This document shows, in pieces, positions 19,223 to 27,789 of a DNA stretch of 64,000 bases. The DNA comes from a virus. The DNA lies in IMG/VR virus record IMGVR_UViG_3300046698_000515, positions 9,566 to 73,565 of that record. One strand, given 5' to 3'. The translations under genes and the position numbers were made by a program. Numbering within the stretch: the stretch's first letter is position 1; every line of letters begins with the position of its first letter. The notes under the pieces were generated by a model. That model saw only the letters and a list, made by a program, of their open reading frames with translations, made no database searches and was not told where the DNA came from.

Positions 19223-19237
19223 GTTTGTTCTTTGAAT

Positions 19238-19644
19238 GGGCCTGAAATGATTCGATTGTTTGTGTTAAGTTAATAATTATATGTCGAAGATGATCCTTGG
19301 CTTCGTAAAAAATGGGTCAAAACTAAATGCTAACAAAATTAGCCAAGCACGTGCATTAGCAACTCTCGCAGTTGATCGCGCATTTGCTCGAGTTCCAGCA
19401 ATGGCTTAAGGCTGTTGTCTTGAACATTGTTAACCAGTGTTGCTGTCTGTCATATTGGATTAACATCGTTTACAGACTGGTTACTGTTAGTTGTGCCGAA
19501 ACAGTAATAAGATTAAGCACAAGATTGTGAGCAGAGACGTGCTGGTACGGATGTTCATAACGACGTAGTGAAATAACCAGATAAACATATACAAGTTGTT
19601 AAAGTGATCAAACAAAACTCGGCTCGATGCCGACAGGTCCACCA
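19238..19644 (+). ncRNA. ssrA: tmRNA
   Basis: 5' GGGCCTG..GATTCGA, 3' T-arm and CAGGTCCACCA; tag ANKISQARALATLAVDRAFARVPAMA* at 19329-19409. Confidence 0.9.
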
Positions 19645-19651
19645 ATTTTAT

Positions 19652-19829
19652 GCCCGGTTACCTCAGCGGTTGGTAAATTAAGTATCCGAACACTTTGCAA
19701 ATGTGATACTAGTTAGAGAGTAGCAGAGTTAGTAAGAGAAAGATTTACTCGAGGCGAAAGTAATTAAATGCGCGCGAGAGGGCCTAGCAATAGCTAGAAA
19801 GTTGATAATTCGAGTCCATCACTGGGTAT
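19652..19829 (+). ncRNA. tRNA-like RNA with large central insertion
   Basis: GCCCGGT/ACTGGGT acceptor-like pair, D-like start, TTCGAGT T-loop, about 110 extra nt. Confidence 0.45.
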
Positions 19830-19839
19830 CCTAATTTAT

Positions 19840-19925
19840 ACGTTGGTGGCTCGACAAGTAAGGCAACGGTCTCCAAAACCGTACACGATAATTCGTATAT
19901 GTAGGTGCAATACCTATCCAACGTG
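19840..19925 (+). tRNA. tRNA-Trp(CCA) with long variable arm
   Basis: ACGGT-CT CCA AA-ACCGT; V-arm ACGA-TAAT-TCGT. Confidence 0.75.
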
Positions 19926-20182
19926 CAGAATTTCTTTTTTGCTTGCTTTTTCTGAAATGTATAATACAATATACAAGTTATCTTTTCAGGCGCTGTGGTT
20001 GTTACTATCCAAGAAATGTAACTGGTGGAGACGGTGAACGAAGAACTCGTTCCCTCCCGCAAATGAGTTACAGTTTTCCAAGCTGTGGCTCATTTGTGTT
20101 TAAATAATTTGGTCACTACCAGTGGTAGATGGCTCTAAAAAGGTTCCTCGGTACCAGCCTGGCGAAACCGAGTTAATTTATC

Positions 20183-20259
20183 GGGTTATGTGGCAACAAA
20201 GGTGTTGCACTTGCTTTGCACGCAAGTTAAAAGCTAGGGTGCGTTACCCTCATGATCCA
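20183..20259 (+). tRNA. tRNA-Ala(TGC)
   Basis: CTTGC-TT TGC AC-GCAAG; G3:U70. Confidence 0.7.
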
Positions 20260-20266
20260 CATTTTA

Positions 20267-20342
20267 TCGCTCAATCGTCTAAAATCTAGGACGCAGTCCC
20301 TTGGGACTGAAATGCCAAGGTGAAGTCTGGCGCGAGCGACCA
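20267..20342 (+). tRNA. degenerate tRNA (anticodon unclear)
   Basis: TCGTCTAA..AGGACG D-arm, CAGTC/GACTG stem with 6-nt loop, CCA. Confidence 0.4.
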
Positions 20343-20377
20343 ATTTATAAAACCATATTGTGATTAAATAATTACAT

Positions 20378-20572
20378 ATGCCTATAATTCCTATTGTTGT
20401 TACTCTTATTGTTATCGGAGTTTTGCTCTGGCTTGCTAACACTTATATCCCTATGGACGAAAAGATTAAGAAAATCTTAAATGCTGTTGTAGTGATATTA
20501 GTTGTCGTTTGGTTGCTCGATGTGTTTGGAGCGTTTAGTTATGTTAATAACATTCAATGGCATCACCGATAA
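20378..20572 (+). CDS. small 2-TM membrane protein (Thivi_2564-like)
   Basis: LLWLANTYIPMDEKIKKILNAVVVI..WLL. Confidence 0.75.
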   Translation: MPIIPIVVTLIVIGVLLWLANTYIPMDEKIKKILNAVVVILVVVWLLDVFGAFSYVNNIQWHHR

Positions 20573-20615
20573 TTTTTGAGTTGCATTTTTTCGTATAAGT
20601 ATTTAAAATATTTGT

Positions 20616-21008
20616 ATGAAAAATATAGCACTTATAAAAGCTGATGAGGTGATTGAACCAGAATTAGTTGACGATAATTTTCCTCGTTCTACTCTTTTTG
20701 ATGATATTGATAAATTTACTCAACGTATATTTCATGGATTTAATAGTGGAAGCTGCTTAGAAGAAAAACAAGGTAATTTTATTCTGCAGTTTGAGATTCC
20801 TGGTTTTGATGAGAGTGAAATTGACATTACCATAGAAGGAACAACAATATTTGTTAGAGGTATTTCAAAAAATAAACAAACAGAATTTTCATATCAATTA
20901 CCTCAACCAGTTGTAATAAGCAAAGCTACTTCAATATTTAAAAATGGTATTTTAACTGTTGTTCTTCCGAAGAGTAAAATTAAGAAGCAGAGAATTTTAA
21001 TTTCATAA
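20616..21008 (+). CDS. small heat-shock protein (Hsp20)
   Basis: EIPGF..EIDI..F.YQLP..A..KNGILTVVLPK. Confidence 0.85.
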   Translation: MKNIALIKADEVIEPELVDDNFPRSTLFDDIDKFTQRIFHGFNSGSCLEEKQGNFILQFEIPGFDESEIDITIEGTTIFVRGISKNKQTEFSYQLPQPVVISKATSIFKNGILTVVLPKSKIKKQRILIS

Positions 21009-21013
21009 TTTAT

Positions 21014-21088
21014 AGCTGGCGGGGGGTTAGATCCTGGACGGGCCCATAACCCGTTTTAATCAGATGCGATTTCTGAGCGTAGCGACCA
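21014..21088 (+). tRNA. tRNA-Met(CAT), initiator-like, divergent
   Basis: ACGGG-CC CAT AA-CCCGT (3 G-C pairs), ACCA. Confidence 0.6.
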
Positions 21089-21092
21089 TTTA

Positions 21093-21167
21093 TCAGGTAC
21101 GTAGTGTAATTAGTAGCATTTTACCTTGTGACGGTAACGGTTCTGATGCGAATTCAGACTACCTGAA
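21093..21167 (+). tRNA. tRNA-His(GTG)
   Basis: TTACC-TT GTG AC-GGTAA. Confidence 0.7.
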
Positions 21168-21340
21168 GATTCTTCTTGCAAATTACATTATCATTTAATA
21201 GAATTTTACTCACAGCGGGCCTAGGAAATTATCCATGGAATAATTATACCACACGCTGATCTGTTCAGGAATGACCGGTGAGAGAATAGGTGCATGGTTG
21301 ACAATTGATGTCAATAATTCCAGCTTAAACTCTGAGTACA

Positions 21341-21440
21341 TCAGTAGCACATGAGCAAATTGTTTCGGTAGAAGTCCGACTATCCTTGAAACGTGAAGGA
21401 ATGCAAGAATAAAAAGCCTTGACCTCGAATGTGCTACTGA
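21341..21440 (+). ncRNA. unassigned structured RNA
   Basis: 12-bp terminal stem TCAGTAGCACAT/ATGTGCTACTGA. Confidence 0.45.
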
Positions 21441-21451
21441 GAATTTTTAAT

Positions 21452-21537
21452 GGTAGTGTGGCCGAAAAGGAAACTGGAAGAACTAACTAGCTTAGAACTA
21501 GATGGCCTTGGAAGTTCGACTCTTCTCACTGCTACCA
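21452..21537 (+). tRNA. tRNA-Leu(TAG)
   Basis: CTAG-CT TAG AA-CTAG; GTTCGAC; ACCA. Confidence 0.7.
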
Positions 21538-21693
21538 TTTTACTACATTAGTAAATGTAGACCGCGGCAGGTGGTAGATACTTATCTAGAGGATACCTAA
21601 CTTAGTGCACATAATTATAGCTTGATCGAGTTGCGCGAGCAATGCTAAACAGCTGGTACTTCCGAATATGTCGAAATGCTATCTGTAATTTAT

Positions 21694-21775
21694 GCTACAG
21701 TGTACGAAACCAGAATAGAAGATGGATAAATTTCAAAAATTTATGTACTTGAAGGTGCAAGTCCTTTCTGTAGTA
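21694..21775 (+). tRNA. tRNA-Leu(CAA)
   Basis: TAAAT-TT CAA AA-ATTTA; GCTACAG/CTGTAGT. Confidence 0.6.
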
Positions 21776-22448
21776 GTAATTTTTGATCAATGATAGAAAT
21801 GATAATATCTAAATATTTTTGACCGGTTGTTGGTTTAAAATATAGTTGGTGGGAAGTATCAATAATTACCAATTCAATTTCTCTTTCTAAACATGCTTGA
21901 AATTTCCTATTGTCATTATTTTGAATTTTTGAGAGTAATTCTTTTCCATGAATAGGTTCATAATGGTAAATACCATTTAATTCTACTGCTAATTTTAGAG
22001 ATGGAATATAAATATCAAGTTCTGAATTTATTGCTTCCTTTTTATTGAACAGATTTTCTAATTTTGGATATTTTTGAATTAATTGTTGTTCTATCCATTT
22101 TTCTAATTTAGATCGTCTTGTACCATGCTTTTTATGGGTATTATTATATGTTGCAGCACATGATTGTGTACAAAACATATTAGTTGTCTTTTTATGTTTA
22201 TTACGGGTTGCTGAAGCAACCACTTTAAAGAGTACATTACAATTTTTACATATACAAGATACTTGTGTTATTCTTGATTTATGCGCACATTTTCCACTAC
22301 AATATATAACATTTCTATTATTTCTTTTTGCTAAATAAATAGCATGTTTTGTTGTTTGAAAGGTTTTATTGCAGTGTGGGCAAATAGTATCTATAATTTT
22401 TTCATGATGTTTTGCAGATTTATATTGCGTTTTATTATATTTAACCAT
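21741..22448 (-). mobile_element. homing endonuclease-like (Zn fingers plus PD-(D/E)xK)
   Basis: CxxC/CSxxC repeats, ELDIYIPSLKLAVELNGIYHY; antisense in tRNA array. Confidence 0.8.
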
Positions 22449-22501
22449 ACAATTATTTAATCGAAAATAGGATTTCGAATCCGGTTTAGATAACCTATTT
22501 C

Positions 22502-22577
22502 GGGCTTGTAGACCAATAGAAGAGTCAACGGTCCTAAAAACCGTACAGTGCGGGGGCAGGACCCGCCAGGCCTACCA
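22502..22577 (+). tRNA. tRNA-Leu(TAA)
   Basis: ACGGT-CC TAA AA-ACCGT; ACCA. Confidence 0.8.
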
Positions 22578-23038
22578 TTTTAAAATTATGAGCATAAGAA
22601 CTAAAAATGATACACATCACGGATGTAAACCCGATGACTGTCATTGTGAAGAACACTGCAATGATAAGCCTTTAAGATCTCTTTTAGAACTGTTTCTCAT
22701 TGTAGGAAATATGACCCTTTGGTTCTATAATATTTTAGCTCTTGTAAATGTAATGAAACATTAAATGAAAAAGAAAACTAAATGGCCAACTTTAAAAGGT
22801 AGATTATCTCAACCATTAACTACTCGAAAAGAGGCAGTAGAGCAATTGCAAAAGTTTGGTATGCCTTTAACAGAGCTAGCAAAGAAATATTTAAAAAATG
22901 AAAAATAGTCTCCGTAAAGACGCAATAACTAAAGGTGGTTGGGGTCGAGGAATGAATAATAAATTATCACGTACTTCTAAACATAATCTTGATCGTAAAG
23001 TAGATAAGCGCAGACGGAGAGAAGGAAAAGAATTTAAT

Positions 23039-23115
23039 GACCCTATCGACTACGTTAGCTAGGTCGGAAGACCTTCAATCTTCAGGAGCGAGGGCAGCAC
23101 TCGCTAGGGTCACCA
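23039..23115 (+). tRNA. tRNA-Glu(TTC)
   Basis: GAAGA-CC TTC AA-TCTTC; ACCA. Confidence 0.75.
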
Positions 23116-23122
23116 ATTTATA

Positions 23123-23199
23123 ACCTCGTGAAGATGAAGAGTGGAATCACAGGCTTGTCACGCCTGAATAAGCAGGCGCACCTCCTGTCGCGAGGACCA
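23123..23199 (+). tRNA. tRNA-Asp(GTC)
   Basis: CAGGC-TT GTC AC-GCCTG; ACCA. Confidence 0.7.
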
Positions 23200-23216
23200 A
23201 TTTCTGACAATGTATA

Positions 23217-23287
23217 GGTAACAATCGTCTAATGGCAGGATGCCGGCGCGAAGGTCGGAGATATTGGTTCAAGTCCAGATGCTACCA
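23217..23287 (+). tRNA. degenerate tRNA
   Basis: D-arm and GGTTCAAGTCC T-arm; anticodon loop abnormal. Confidence 0.4.
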
Positions 23288-23379
23288 ACGTGATGTATAT
23301 TGTTGTGAAAATGAGTCTGTATAGTTTAGTGCATTTCACAGTGTGCTCCGCCATTGGGCTCATATTGAAGTAGTTAGTA

Positions 23380-23451
23380 AGGATTATGGTGCAATGGTCA
23401 GACACAGCGGCTCCCAAGTCGCTTGTCCAAGTTCGAGTCTTGGTAATTTTT
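23380..23451 (+). tRNA. tRNA-like gene with 8-nt anticodon loop (CTCCCAAG)
   Basis: AGCGG/TCGCT stem, CCAAG-TTCGAGT-CTTGG T-arm. Confidence 0.5.
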
Positions 23452-23473
23452 GCTAACTACGGATTTTATTTTT

Positions 23474-23548
23474 GCGGTATAGGTGTTTATAGATACATAC
23501 GAGACTTCCAATCTTGGGTAGAGGGTGTGATACCCTCACACCGCTCCA
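23474..23548 (+). tRNA. tRNA-Gly(TCC)
   Basis: CGAGA-CT TCC AA-TCTTG; TCCA. Confidence 0.8.
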
Positions 23549-23571
23549 ATTTTAGAATAAATAATAGTGTG

Positions 23572-23859
23572 ATGCCATTTAAAATTTTTTACGAAAAAAT
23601 TGAATCTTGTGCTATTAAATTAGAAGATGGAAGAATCTTTACAGGATCAGATCATGAAAGTGCAGCTGCGGAAGCTCATACAGCAGGAGTTCAATGGACT
23701 GATATTGAAAAATGTATTTGTGGTTTTATGATAGATGGAGAATTTTTTAATAGAGAACAAGCTTTTAATATTGCAATTTCAAATGGTATTCTTTGTTTGA
23801 AACAACCATGTACTCCAGGTAGATTAGATTCTTACGATTTACCACACTTACATCCGTAA
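23572..23859 (+). CDS. hypothetical phage protein
   Basis: MPFKIF..CAIK..G.DH..GFM..GEFFNREQA..LDSYDL; AATAAATA upstream; track start 23386 runs through tRNAs. Confidence 0.65.
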   Translation: MPFKIFYEKIESCAIKLEDGRIFTGSDHESAAAEAHTAGVQWTDIEKCICGFMIDGEFFNREQAFNIAISNGILCLKQPCTPGRLDSYDLPHLHP

Positions 23860-24105
23860 GCATAATATTGATTTTCATATTTTGTTTGTTATTATTTCTT
23901 TACTATGAAAGTAAATGCTAAAGCTGATTTAACTGGTAATCTTGTTGTAATTAATGATAATTGGTATTATCTTTGTAAGATTGATGAACCTAAACATTTA
24001 TCTACTAAACCATTAGTTAATTTTACTATACAGGGTACTTTTACAAAAGCTAAAAGATAAGCATAATATTGATTTCAATAAACTAGTTATTATCATGTCT
24101 AAGTT

Positions 24106-24315
24106 ATGGAAAATATAAACTTAAATATAGTTAAAGGTACACTTAACAAATTAAGTGTACTTCTTGATACACAAATTGAAAAGTATACTGCAGCAAAAAA
24201 GCCTACAAATGTAGATTTTGAAAGAATTCATAAAACACTTTCTATATATGAATCAGTTGTAGATATATATGGGAATCTTATTGGTATTGATAAAATGGGT
24301 AAGGAAGAATTGTAA
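24106..24315 (+). CDS. hypothetical protein
   Basis: ORF behind its own promoter. Confidence 0.6.
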   Translation: MENINLNIVKGTLNKLSVLLDTQIEKYTAAKKPTNVDFERIHKTLSIYESVVDIYGNLIGIDKMGKEEL

Positions 24316-24322
24316 TTTATTT

Positions 24323-24413
24323 GCCTGTTTGGCTCAGCGGCGACAGCACCATCTTTGTAAGTTGGCAGCTTTTTAATAAGCTCACGGGAGTTCAAATCTC
24401 TCAACAGGCTCCA
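24323..24413 (+). tRNA. tRNA-Thr(TGT), long variable arm
   Basis: CCATC-TT TGT AA-GTTGG; AGCTT..AAGCT V-stem; TCCA. Confidence 0.8.
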
Positions 24414-24421
24414 AATTTATT

Positions 24422-24511
24422 GCCAGTATGCCTCAGTAGCGACAGGACCTGTTTCGTAAACAGATAACATTTAAAAGTGTTCACGGAAGTGTAAATCTTT
24501 CTACTGGCTCC
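24422..24511 (+). tRNA. tRNA-Thr(CGT), long variable arm
   Basis: CTGT-TT CGT AA-ACAG; AACATT..AGTGTT V-stem. Confidence 0.75.
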
Positions 24512-25455
24512 GCTTCTATAAGTTGTTTAATACTTTCCCATGATAACTCATTTTTATTAAGAATTAAAAGTTTTTGAGAAATTAGTTTTTTAACTTTTTG
24601 TATTTTTTCTGCATCTGTTTGTTGGCAAAAATTATTTTTAGGATCAAGATATGTATTATAATCTGTTAAATAAAAATCAGGATAATATTTCTTATCAATT
24701 CCGAGATTGTTTACCCATGGTATTGGTGAGGGTCTTATCCATTTAATTTTGTTTTCGTCAAGTGATTGTGCAACTTTAAATTCCCAACTTGACTCCAACC
24801 ATACCTTACCAGCAAATGGTGAAGTATAGTAACCTGTTTTATGGTAATGGTTTTTATTTATACATAAGTAAGTTTTACCAATATTTACACGAACTAAATG
24901 CAGACATTTACCGCAATACTTTCTTTTATGTCTATGTATGAATTTAATAATTGTACCACATCCACCTTTACATAATTTTGGTTGTTTATTATATTCATTT
25001 AGTATAGTTTGTTTTCTAATCGCAGCATATTTTTGTAATTTAAGAAGTTTTTGTTTCTCCTTCTCTGGTGATAATTTTCCTGAGTATCCATTTTTATTTC
25101 GTTCTTTATTACTAAATGTTGCTGAGCATGTATGTGAACAAAAATTATGCTGTCGGATCGCATTAAGACACTTTCTAACTGATTTTTTACAAGTTGTACA
25201 AAAAATTGTTCTTGTAGTAGATGGATAAGTATATAATTTTCCACATTTACTAGAACAAAAAATAGCAGTTGTATTTTTACTTTCTTTATTTCGTTGCTTC
25301 TTTCGTCTTACTGAGCCAAGAATATTATATTTCTTTCTAGTTTGTATTTTATTACATTGTTTACATTTAAAAGGAATATTATCATTCCATTTTGAGTTAA
25401 CAAATGTTTCTTTATCAATTAATAAACAATCTAGTAGTTCTTTAGGTAAATCCAT
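24481..25455 (-). mobile_element. homing endonuclease-like (Zn fingers plus TnsA-like PD-(D/E)xK)
   Basis: FCSxxC repeats; ESSWE..YYPDFYL..YLDPK. Confidence 0.8.
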
Positions 25456-25592
25456 ATATTAATTATTTAATGAAACATAGTCGCAATAACAAGGTGCGGC
25501 TCCTATAATAAAATTTGATACGGCTTCCTTAATCAAGAAGGTGGAAATAAAGCCGGAATGAGCGTACACTCCTGAGCCCTCAAATAAATTTT

Positions 25593-25665
25593 GCCTCTGT
25601 AATTCAAAGATAGAATATTGCTTTGGTAAAGCAAAAACGTTTGGGATTGTTACCCACCTGAGGCT
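25593..25665 (+). tRNA. tRNA-Thr(GGT)
   Basis: TTGCT-TT GGT AA-AGCAA. Confidence 0.7.
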
Positions 25666-25674
25666 CACTTTAAT

Positions 25675-25765
25675 GGCTAGTAAACTTAACAAGGTTAAGG
25701 GTTGTCTGCTAAACAACGCGCTCACCTAAGACGTGGGTCAGAGGCAGGATCTGTGCTAGCCGCCA
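25675..25765 (+). tRNA. tRNA-Ser(GCT)
   Basis: GTTGT-CT GCT AA-ACAAC; long V-arm; GCCA. Confidence 0.75.
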
Positions 25766-25806
25766 TTTTTTATTGAAATAAAAACATATTCTAATATAAT
25801 GTATCC

Positions 25807-26349
25807 ATGTTAGCATTTCATGGAACATCAATTCAAAATGCAGAATCTATTTGGAAAAATGGATTTGATATTAATGCTCCAAAAAATTGGCAATTGTCAC
25901 CTAGTAATAAAATATTTTGCCTTTTAGATACAGGTGGTTCAGAATCTTTCCAATATACTTTAACACAAGCTACTCTTTCAGCTTTTCGTGAGATTGATAT
26001 TGTAAAACGTGCTGTTATTGTTATTGATATTACTGGAATAAAATATGCTCCTGATTCAACAAATACTATGCCAAAACATATGACCTCGATTGAAATGAAG
26101 CATATTCCACATAATAGGGTAAAAGCAGTTTTTGCTGATGTAAATAATTTAGTCCAATATAAGTTATTATTTTACTTTCAAGTTGTTAGTAAAAATTTAA
26201 AAACAACGCTTAATATTAGTTTAACGGAAGATGAAATTAAAGAGACATCATGTAAAATGGAAACAGGCCAATGTATTTTTACAGATATTGAAAAGATTTA
26301 TAGTAGAAATATTTTTTATAAATTACCGCAAGCCAAATATTATTTATAA
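25807..26349 (+). CDS. ADP-ribosyltransferase-like protein
   Basis: N-terminal FHGTS..A.SI...GF motif. Confidence 0.5.
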   Translation: MLAFHGTSIQNAESIWKNGFDINAPKNWQLSPSNKIFCLLDTGGSESFQYTLTQATLSAFREIDIVKRAVIVIDITGIKYAPDSTNTMPKHMTSIEMKHIPHNRVKAVFADVNNLVQYKLLFYFQVVSKNLKTTLNISLTEDEIKETSCKMETGQCIFTDIEKIYSRNIFYKLPQAKYYL

Positions 26350-26358
26350 ACAAATTTT

Positions 26359-26446
26359 GGAGGTAGTCCGGCATGGACGAGGACGCGATCCTGAAAATCG
26401 TCGCTGGTAAAAACAGTCGGGAGTTCGATTCTCTCTGCCTCCGCCA
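26359..26446 (+). tRNA. tRNA-Ser(TGA)
   Basis: GCGAT-CC TGA AA-ATCGT; GTTCGAT; GCCA. Confidence 0.85.
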
Positions 26447-26492
26447 ATTTTACTTGATTATAATGAAATGTATTATATCATATTTTCTGAAC

Positions 26493-26581
26493 TGCAGGGA
26501 CAAGCCGTGTGATGCTAACTGCGCTCATAACGCAGGAGATTAATTTCTCTATGAATAGTTAGACTCTATTCTCTGCAACCA
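26493..26581 (+). tRNA. tRNA-Met(CAT), long variable arm
   Basis: CTGCG-CT CAT AA-CGCAG; GAGA..TCTC V-stem; ACCA. Confidence 0.65.
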
Positions 26582-26587
26582 ATTTCT

Positions 26588-26679
26588 GGACCTATGATGT
26601 AATGTAGCATTGCTAGTTTTATAAACTAGGCGCAGTAGATTTCTGCCAAGTTTTGGTTCAAGTCCAAATGGGTCTACCA
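26588..26679 (+). tRNA. tRNA-Ile(TAT), long variable arm
   Basis: CTAGT-TT TAT AA-ACTAG; GCAG..CTGC V-stem; GGTTCAAGTCC; ACCA. Confidence 0.75.
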
Positions 26680-26687
26680 ATTTTCAT

Positions 26688-26765
26688 CCCACAGTAATTC
26701 ATTATTAGTAGAATATCGTCCTGATAAGGCGAAAGTGATTGGGGCAGAGCCAATCTGTGGGACCA
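26688..26765 (+). tRNA. tRNA-Ile(GAT)
   Basis: TCGTC-CT GAT AA-GGCGA; ACCA. Confidence 0.8.
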
Positions 26766-26810
26766 ATTTTTGTTCTTGCAATTAATCTTGTTTGTGCTTA
26801 TTATATTGAC

Positions 26811-27047
26811 ATGAAAAATTTCTTTATCTGTGGCCGTAAAAATTTTAAAGGTTATGAAGTAGCCTTAAGTGGCAACAACGTAATCATTTGGATTACTGGT
26901 GAAGAATCTCCTGAACGAGTCAAAGAAATAACCACCGCAGTTTTACTCTATCTCGAAAATGAAGGATTTGGAGATTTAAGCCGAATGAAAGTTCGGGTAG
27001 AGCTGAAAGAGTTTGGCGAGAGTGGGGGTATTTTAGTTCCTGCATAA
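26811..27047 (+). CDS. hypothetical protein
   Basis: MKNFFICG.. start after promoter-like sequence. Confidence 0.55.
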   Translation: MKNFFICGRKNFKGYEVALSGNNVIIWITGEESPERVKEITTAVLLYLENEGFGDLSRMKVRVELKEFGESGGILVPA

Positions 27048-27058
27048 TAATTTCAAAT

Positions 27059-27132
27059 GGGCTGCAAGCTTTAAATTGAAGCAAAAAGCTTTTAACTTTT
27101 TGAACTTGGGGAAGTACCAAGGCGGCTCACCA
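27059..27132 (+). tRNA. tRNA-Lys(TTT)
   Basis: AAAAG-CT TTT AA-CTTTT; ACCA. Confidence 0.75.
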
Positions 27133-27144
27133 TTCCATTTTTAT

Positions 27145-27218
27145 TCCAGAGTAGCTCAACTGGTAGTAGCAGATCATTGTTAATGATCAGATTGCTGGAT
27201 CGTACCCAGCCTCTGGAG
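27145..27218 (+). tRNA. tRNA-Asn(GTT)
   Basis: TAGCTCAA; GATCA-TT GTT AA-TGATC. Confidence 0.85.
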
Positions 27219-27219
27219 C

Positions 27220-27293
27220 GGACCACAAGTATTAAAGTGATACAGCAGACTCTTAACCTGCAAAACACGGGGTAGTACCGTGGTGGTTCACCA
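27220..27293 (+). tRNA. tRNA-Lys(CTT)
   Basis: GCAG.-CT CTT AA-.CTGC; ACCA. Confidence 0.75.
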
Positions 27294-27298
27294 AATTT

Positions 27299-27369
27299 AC
27301 CTGCATAGTATAAAAGTATTACCAACGGTTTTGGCCCGTAAGAAGTAGGGGCAGTACCTACTGCAGGCG
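27299..27369 (+). tRNA. tRNA-Gln(TTG)
   Basis: ACGG-TT TTG GC-CCGT. Confidence 0.65.
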
Positions 27370-27381
27370 CGTTTTCTTAAT

Positions 27382-27453
27382 GCCAGTATCAAGAAGTCTT
27401 GAGCATGATTTCATATGTCATTGCGCGATTTGGAGCATTACCATCTGCTGGCA
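27382..27453 (+). tRNA. tRNA(CAT), Met or Ile2, shortened D-arm
   Basis: ATGAT-TT CAT AT-GTCAT; GCCAGTA/TGCTGGC. Confidence 0.5.
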
Positions 27454-27508
27454 CTAATTTTATCAGAAATCATTTGCATTTTATATTAGGTAATAAGAAA
27501 ATGAAAAT

Positions 27509-27787
27509 ATGAACGATGAAAACGAGTCTCCTAAAAGTGCATTAAGAATTTTTCTTGATGAAATAATTGATTCAAACAATGAGTTCATACACACAGAACT
27601 TGAAACATTACAAAAAACAATTTTAAACTTTTTATGTACTAGTAAAGGAGTGATTAGAGAACACGATCGTCGGAAGATGATCTTAACAGTTAATCAAATA
27701 ACAAAACTTGAAAAGCTTCAGCAATACATTTACAATTCACTTCTGATTTATGAAGGTCAAGGAGTTGTGGGAATGTTAGAAAGATAA
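27509..27787 (+). CDS. hypothetical protein
   Basis: ORF between tRNAs. Confidence 0.6.
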   Translation: MNDENESPKSALRIFLDEIIDSNNEFIHTELETLQKTILNFLCTSKGVIREHDRRKMILTVNQITKLEKLQQYIYNSLLIYEGQGVVGMLER

Positions 27788-27789
27788 AT

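Noticed and set aside
19784-27325. Track ORFs overlapping RNA genes (19784, 19843, 20227, 23229, 25459, 26920, 27092)
   Set aside because: Shadows of tRNA/ncRNA sequence with no protein features
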